A stretch of DNA of 64,000 nucleotides from NCBI GenBank assembly GCA_963723945.1, contig CAVRSW010000025.1:6962-70961 (forward strand), read 5' to 3'. Within the stretch, counting starts at the first letter, position 1; the number at the start of each line of letters is the position of its first letter. Under the pieces are notes generated by a model, which was not told where the DNA came from, did no database searches, and saw only the letters and a list, made by a program, of their open reading frames with translations. Shown here in pieces: positions 59,692 through 64,000 of this stretch. The position numbers and the translations under genes were made by a program. This stretch comes from an uncultured Actinomycetota bacterium. GTDB lineage: Bacteria; Actinomycetota; Actinomycetes; Propionibacteriales; Nocardioidaceae.

Positions 59692-60830
59692 CCGGCTACC
59701 GCCGCCCCGACGGAACCGTCGGCACCCGCAACCACGTCGCGATCCTCCCGGTCGACGACCTGTCCAACGCCGCCGCCGAGGGCGTCGCGTCCCTGATCCC
59801 CGGGACCCTGGCACTCCCCCACGCGTTCGGTCGCCTGCAGTTCGGCGAGGACCTCGAGCTCACCTTCCGCACCCTGATCGGCGTCGGCTCCAACCCCAAC
59901 GTGGCGGCCGTGGTCGTGATCGGCATCGAGCCGAACTGGACCGCCCGGGTCGCCGACGGCATCGCCAAGTCCGGCAAGCCGGTCCACGCGATCTCGATCG
60001 AGGGCCGGGGCGACCTCAAGGTCGTCGAGGAGGTCTCGCACGTCGCCCAGCAGTTCCTGCAGGACGCCAGCGAGCTCCAGCGCGAGCCCGTCGAGCGCTC
60101 CGAGGTGCTGCTGACCATGAAGGACGGCGAGTCCGACACCACGACCGGCCTCGGCTCCTGCCGGGTCACGGCGTACCTCGTCGACAAGTGGGTCGACGAC
60201 GGCGGCACGGTGATCTTCGGCGAGACCAGCGAGCTGACCGGCGGCGAGCACCTGGTCGCCGAGCGCTGCGCCACCGACGAGGTGCGGGCCCGGTTCCAGT
60301 CGCTGTACGACGACTACATCGACATGATCGAGCAGACCGGTGCCAACCTGCTCGGCTCCCAGCCGACCCAGGGCAACATCGCCGGCGGTCTCTCCACGAT
60401 CGAGGAGAAGGCCCTCGGCAACATCGTGAAGACCGGCAGCCGGCCGATCGTCGGCGCGCTCGGCGCAGCCGAGGCTCCCACCACCGCCGGCCTGCACTTC
60501 ATGGACACCTCGTCCGCGGCCGCCGAGTGCGTGACCCTGATGACCGCCGCGGGCGGCGTGGTCAACATGTTCCCGACCGGCCAGGGCAACGTGATCGGCA
60601 ACCCGGTGCAGCCGGTGGTCAAGATCACCGCGAATCCGAAGACGGCAGCCTCCATGGCCGACCACATGGACGTCGACTGCTCGGGCGTGCTCGCCTCCAC
60701 CACCTCGGTCGAGGAGGCCGGCGAGCAGCTGATCGACATCGTCGAGCGCACCATCAACGGCCGGATCACCTGCGCCGAAGCGCTCAACCACCGCGAGTTC
60801 ACCCTCACCAAGCTCTACCGCAGCGCCTGA
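59670..60830 (+). CDS. suyB: (2R)-sulfolactate sulfo-lyase beta subunit (UxaA family)
   Basis: Motifs I recall as SuyB-clade: LPVDDLSNAAAE, PHAFGRLQFGEDL, GETSELTGGEH, MDTSSAAAE and HREFTLTKLYRSA. Confidence 0.85.
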   Translation: MADQRRLTGYRRPDGTVGTRNHVAILPVDDLSNAAAEGVASLIPGTLALPHAFGRLQFGEDLELTFRTLIGVGSNPNVAAVVVIGIEPNWTARVADGIAKSGKPVHAISIEGRGDLKVVEEVSHVAQQFLQDASELQREPVERSEVLLTMKDGESDTTTGLGSCRVTAYLVDKWVDDGGTVIFGETSELTGGEHLVAERCATDEVRARFQSLYDDYIDMIEQTGANLLGSQPTQGNIAGGLSTIEEKALGNIVKTGSRPIVGALGAAEAPTTAGLHFMDTSSAAAECVTLMTAAGGVVNMFPTGQGNVIGNPVQPVVKITANPKTAASMADHMDVDCSGVLASTTSVEEAGEQLIDIVERTINGRITCAEALNHREFTLTKLYRSA

Positions 60831-60837
60831 GGGCAGG

Positions 60838-60873
60838 GACCGGCCCGACGACGGATCCGTCGCCGGGCCGGTC
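60838..60873 (+). terminator. 36-bp near-perfect palindromic hairpin after suyB
   Basis: gaccggcccgacgacgga|tccgtcgccgggccggtc (one mismatch), followed by an AT-rich tract at 60883-60920. Confidence 0.6.
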
Positions 60874-60941
60874 ACCCCACACCTCATTCTCGCTCTTTTT
60901 ACTTAAATTACACTACTACTCTCCCCGAGGACGGACACGAC

Positions 60942-61922
60942 GTGGACACCATCGACCGACCGGCACCGGCCACCGCGGCCCGCGTCGTCGTCGCCGAGGG
61001 CGTGTGGGGCGCTCCGCTCGAGCAGCTGGCGCGGGTGCACGACGTCGTCAGGCTCGACGCCGCGGAGACCTCGCCGGCCCGCGACGACGGGCTGGCCGGG
61101 GCCACCGCACTCGTGGTCCGCAACCGCACCCGGGTCACCCGTGAGCTGCTCGAGGCCCACCCCGCGCTGCGGGTCGTCGCCCGCGCCGGCGTCGGCCTCG
61201 ACAACATCGACCTCGACGCCGCCGACGACACCGGCACCGTCGTGCTCTCGCCCCGCGGCGCCAACGCGCGCAGCGTCGCCGAGCACGCCCTCGGCCTGGC
61301 GCTCGCGGTGCAGCGCCACGTGGTCGCCCTCGACCGGCAGTGCCGGGCCGGCGCGTGGGACCGGCGGCCGGGTCGCGAGCTGCTCGGCGGCACCTGGGGC
61401 GTCGTCGGGGCCGGGGCCACCGGCCGTGCCTGCGCCGACCTCGCCGCCGCCCTCGGGATGCGCGTCGTCGCCCACGACCCGTACGCCGACCCGTCCGACC
61501 TGCGCGGCCTCGAGCTGGGTGACCTGCACGAGGTGGCCGCCGCGGCCGACGTGCTGTCGATCCACCTGCCCGGCGGGCCCGGGACCACCGGCCTGGTCGA
61601 CGACGCGCTGCTGGCGACCATGAAGCCCACCGCGATCCTGCTCAATCTCGGCCGCGGCGAGATCGTCGACGAGGACGCCCTCGTACGCGCGCTGCAGGAG
61701 GGCCGGCTGGCCGGCGCCGGGCTCGACGTCCGGGCCACCGAGCCGCCCGTGACCGGCGTCCTGGAGACGCTGCCCACGGTGGTGCTCACCCCGCACGTCG
61801 CGGGCCTCACCGAGCAGAGCCAGCAGCGGATCACCCAGGTGCTGGCCGCCGAGCTCGCCACCGTGCTCGGCGGCGGCACGGCCACCGCGGCCGTCGGGCG
61901 CCATCGGGAGCTGGTCCGATGA
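60942..61922 (+). CDS. D-isomer-specific 2-hydroxyacid dehydrogenase (SerA-like, no ACT domain)
   Basis: ARAGVGLDNID, NARSVAEH, GAGATG, NLGRG, LDV..EP and TPHVAG motifs. Confidence 0.9.
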   Translation: MDTIDRPAPATAARVVVAEGVWGAPLEQLARVHDVVRLDAAETSPARDDGLAGATALVVRNRTRVTRELLEAHPALRVVARAGVGLDNIDLDAADDTGTVVLSPRGANARSVAEHALGLALAVQRHVVALDRQCRAGAWDRRPGRELLGGTWGVVGAGATGRACADLAAALGMRVVAHDPYADPSDLRGLELGDLHEVAAAADVLSIHLPGGPGTTGLVDDALLATMKPTAILLNLGRGEIVDEDALVRALQEGRLAGAGLDVRATEPPVTGVLETLPTVVLTPHVAGLTEQSQQRITQVLAAELATVLGGGTATAAVGRHRELVR

Positions 61923-62971
61923 ACGACGTCCGGACCGTCGGCACCCTCCGCCACCTCGCCACCCGGCTGCTGGCCGCGAGCGGGCTGCCCGACGCGCGCG
62001 CCGCCCGGACCGCCGAGGTGCTCCTGCTCGCCGAGTCGTGGGGCGTGGGCTCGCACGGCCTGATGCGACTCCCCTACTACCTGTCGCGCCTCGCCGCCGG
62101 CGGCCACGACCCGGCGGCCGACCTCGAGACCGCACAGGACTCCGGCCCCGTGGTGTCGCTCCGCGGCCACGCCGGCCTCGGCCACTGGCAGGCCTGGACC
62201 GCTGCCGAGCTCGCCACCGAGCGGGCCCGGCAGTACGGCGTCGCCGCGGTGACCGTCTCCGACTCGGGCCACTGCGGCGCGCTGGGCGCGTACGTGCTGC
62301 CCGGCCTGCAGGCCGGCCTGGTCACGATCGTCGTGTCCAACGGCCCGGCCGCCATGGCCCCGTGGGGGTCGGCCACCGCCGAGCTCTCCACGTCGCCGAT
62401 CGCGGCGGGGGTGCCGTGCCGTCCCCGACCGATGATCGTCGACATGGCCCTGAGCAACGTCGCCCGGGGCAGGATCGCCGCACGCGCCCGGACCGGCGAG
62501 CAGCTGCCCGAGGGGTGGGCGCTCGACGCCGAGGGCCGCCCGACCACCGACGCCGCCGTCGCGCTCCGCGGTCTGCTCGCCCCGCTCGGCGGCGCCAAGG
62601 GGTTCGCGCTCGCGCTGCTGGTCGAGTCGCTCACCGGCGGTGTCGTCGGTCCGGCGCTGTCGCGCGACGTCAGCGACATGTTCGCCGCCGACCAGGTCGC
62701 CCGACCGCAGCGGATCGCCCACACCCTGATCACGCTCGACCCTGCCCGGCTCGACCCGGACGGTGGCGACGGCGCCCGTAGCCGCCTCGACGCCCTCGCC
62801 CGCAACGTCACCGGGGCCGGCGCCCGGCTCCCGGGTGCCTCGCGCCGGCTGCCCGCCGAGATCCCGGACGACGAGCCGGTGGCGCTCGACCCCGACCTCG
62901 ACCGCGAGCTGGCCGGCTGGGCCGCCCGACTCCTGACCGTTTCGACCACCACCGGAGGGACTGCCCGATGA
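61919..62971 (+). CDS. Ldh_2 family (ComC/AllD-like) dehydrogenase; candidate (R)-sulfolactate dehydrogenase
   Basis: GVGSHGLMRLPYY, SGHCGALG, STSPIA, VDMALS, GWALD..G.PTTD and GGAKG motifs; ATGA overlaps. Confidence 0.85.
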   Translation: MNDVRTVGTLRHLATRLLAASGLPDARAARTAEVLLLAESWGVGSHGLMRLPYYLSRLAAGGHDPAADLETAQDSGPVVSLRGHAGLGHWQAWTAAELATERARQYGVAAVTVSDSGHCGALGAYVLPGLQAGLVTIVVSNGPAAMAPWGSATAELSTSPIAAGVPCRPRPMIVDMALSNVARGRIAARARTGEQLPEGWALDAEGRPTTDAAVALRGLLAPLGGAKGFALALLVESLTGGVVGPALSRDVSDMFAADQVARPQRIAHTLITLDPARLDPDGGDGARSRLDALARNVTGAGARLPGASRRLPAEIPDDEPVALDPDLDRELAGWAARLLTVSTTTGGTAR

Positions 62972-63807
62972 CGACCAGGACCAGGACCAGAGGCCGCGGG
63001 ACGCGGACGGCGGGGCACGACGCCCCGCACGCCGGACCGATCCTCTCGGTCTCGCACGCCCAGCTCGGGTACGTCGTGGACGGTCAGCCGACCGTCGCCG
63101 TCCGCGACGCCAGCTTCGAGGTGCAGCGGGGCGAGAAGATCATGCTGCTCGGACCGTCCGGCTGCGGGAAGTCGACGCTGCTCAAGGCCGTCGCCGGCTT
63201 CCTCGAGCCGTTCGGCGGTGACCTGCGGGTGACGGGCGAGCCGGTCACCACGCCGGGCCCCGACCGCGCCGTCGTGTTCCAGGAGTTCGACCAGCTGTTC
63301 CCGTGGCGTACGGTCCGCGGCAACCTGGTCTACCCGCAACGGGTCAACGGCCGCTCCAAGGCCGAGGCGGGCGCCCGGGCCGACGAGTACCTGCGCCTGA
63401 TGCAGCTCGAGCACGCCCGCGACCGCTACCCGCACCAGCTCTCCGGCGGCATGAAGCAGCGGGTGGCCATCGCCCGCGCCCTCGCGCTCGACCCCGCGCT
63501 GCTGCTCATGGACGAGCCGTTCGGCGCACTCGACGCGCAGACCCGGTCACGGCTCCAGGGTGAGCTCAACGACGTCGCCGAGCGCACCGGCGTGACCATC
63601 CTCTTCGTCACCCACAGCATCCAGGAGGCGGTCTTCGTCGGCCACCGCGTCGTGGTGCTCTCGAAGCCGCCCTCCACCGTCGTCGACGTGGTCGACGTCC
63701 GCGGCCTCGACGACCCCGCCGACCCGGCGTTCACGGAGGCGATGCAGCGGCTGCGCGGGCTGCTCTCCGAGGACGGCGCCGAGACCGAGCACGCCTCGTT
63801 CGAGTAG
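62968..63807 (+). CDS. ABC transporter ATP-binding protein, nitrate/sulfonate/taurine (TauB/SsuB) type
   Basis: [40 protein letters not shown] and FVTHS motifs. Confidence 0.92.
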   Translation: MTTRTRTRGRGTRTAGHDAPHAGPILSVSHAQLGYVVDGQPTVAVRDASFEVQRGEKIMLLGPSGCGKSTLLKAVAGFLEPFGGDLRVTGEPVTTPGPDRAVVFQEFDQLFPWRTVRGNLVYPQRVNGRSKAEAGARADEYLRLMQLEHARDRYPHQLSGGMKQRVAIARALALDPALLLMDEPFGALDAQTRSRLQGELNDVAERTGVTILFVTHSIQEAVFVGHRVVVLSKPPSTVVDVVDVRGLDDPADPAFTEAMQRLRGLLSEDGAETEHASFE

Positions 63808-63815
63808 GAGCCGAC

Positions 63816-64000
63816 ATGACCGAGACCACTGCCACCGTCGAGCCCACCACGACCTCGACCCCGCCACCCACGCCGAGCCGCCGGAAGCGCCGCGGGTGGG
63901 GCAGCCTGCCGACCTTCCCCCGACGTGCCGCCATCGTGATCGGCCTGCTGGCCGTCTGGCAGCTGTACGTCGTGATGTCGGGCGTCAGCCCGCTGCTCGT
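63816..64000 (+). CDS. ABC transporter permease (TauC/SsuC-type), N-terminal part (runs off window end)
   Basis: SD aggag, ATG 63816; [35 protein letters not shown] matches the first TM of such permeases. Confidence 0.7.
   Translation, partial: MTETTATVEPTTTSTPPPTPSRRKRRGWGSLPTFPRRAAIVIGLLAVWQLYVVMSGVSPLL

Noticed and set aside
59389-60830. Altronate/galactarate dehydratase (uxaA/garD) for sugar-acid catabolism
   Set aside because: The motifs match the SuyAB clade, there are no uronate pathway genes nearby, and the neighbours are ComC-like and Tau-type.
62974-62992. ACCAGG tandem repeat at the ABC ATPase 5' end
   Set aside because: Only three in-frame units encoding a disordered TRTRTR tail; unit changes would not shift the frame.

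Overview
High-GC actinobacterial chromosome segment. Gene content and leaderless TANNNT promoters suggest Nocardioidaceae, by inference. It holds about 70 CDSs; I found no rRNA, tRNA, CRISPR array, transposase or prophage. Most of the window is core or housekeeping: uvrB, ligB, an AlkA-like glycosylase, kynA, fadA2/fabG4/htdX with a TetR regulator, tesB, a PAC2 protein and dxs. It also has a LuxR(LAL)-OsmC-flavoprotein module (0.7-7.6 kb) and a four-gene cluster matching mycobacterial methylmannose-polysaccharide biosynthesis (10.3-13.9 kb). The standout is the divergent locus at 53.7-64 kb. One arm encodes GntR, a succinate-dehydrogenase-like complex (order B-A-C-D, with altered FAD-attachment and substrate-binding residues) and a two-subunit class I fumarate-hydratase-like enzyme. 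The other arm encodes sulfolactate sulfo-lyase SuyAB, a D-2-hydroxyacid dehydrogenase, a ComC/Ldh_2-family dehydrogenase and a sulfonate-type ABC transporter. My reading, which is an untested inference, is a TCA-cycle-mimicking catabolic route for the succinate analogue 3-sulfopropionate (to 3-sulfoacrylate, then sulfolactate, then pyruvate + sulfite). Regulatory signals read directly from the sequence include a LexA SOS box on an uncharacterised 123-aa gene, RecA-NDp/PafBC-type promoters at uvrB and ligB, a TetR operator, several REP/MITE-like palindromes, and a poly-C leader before a Tat-secreted protein. Family assignments come from motif recognition by eye; no database searches were run.
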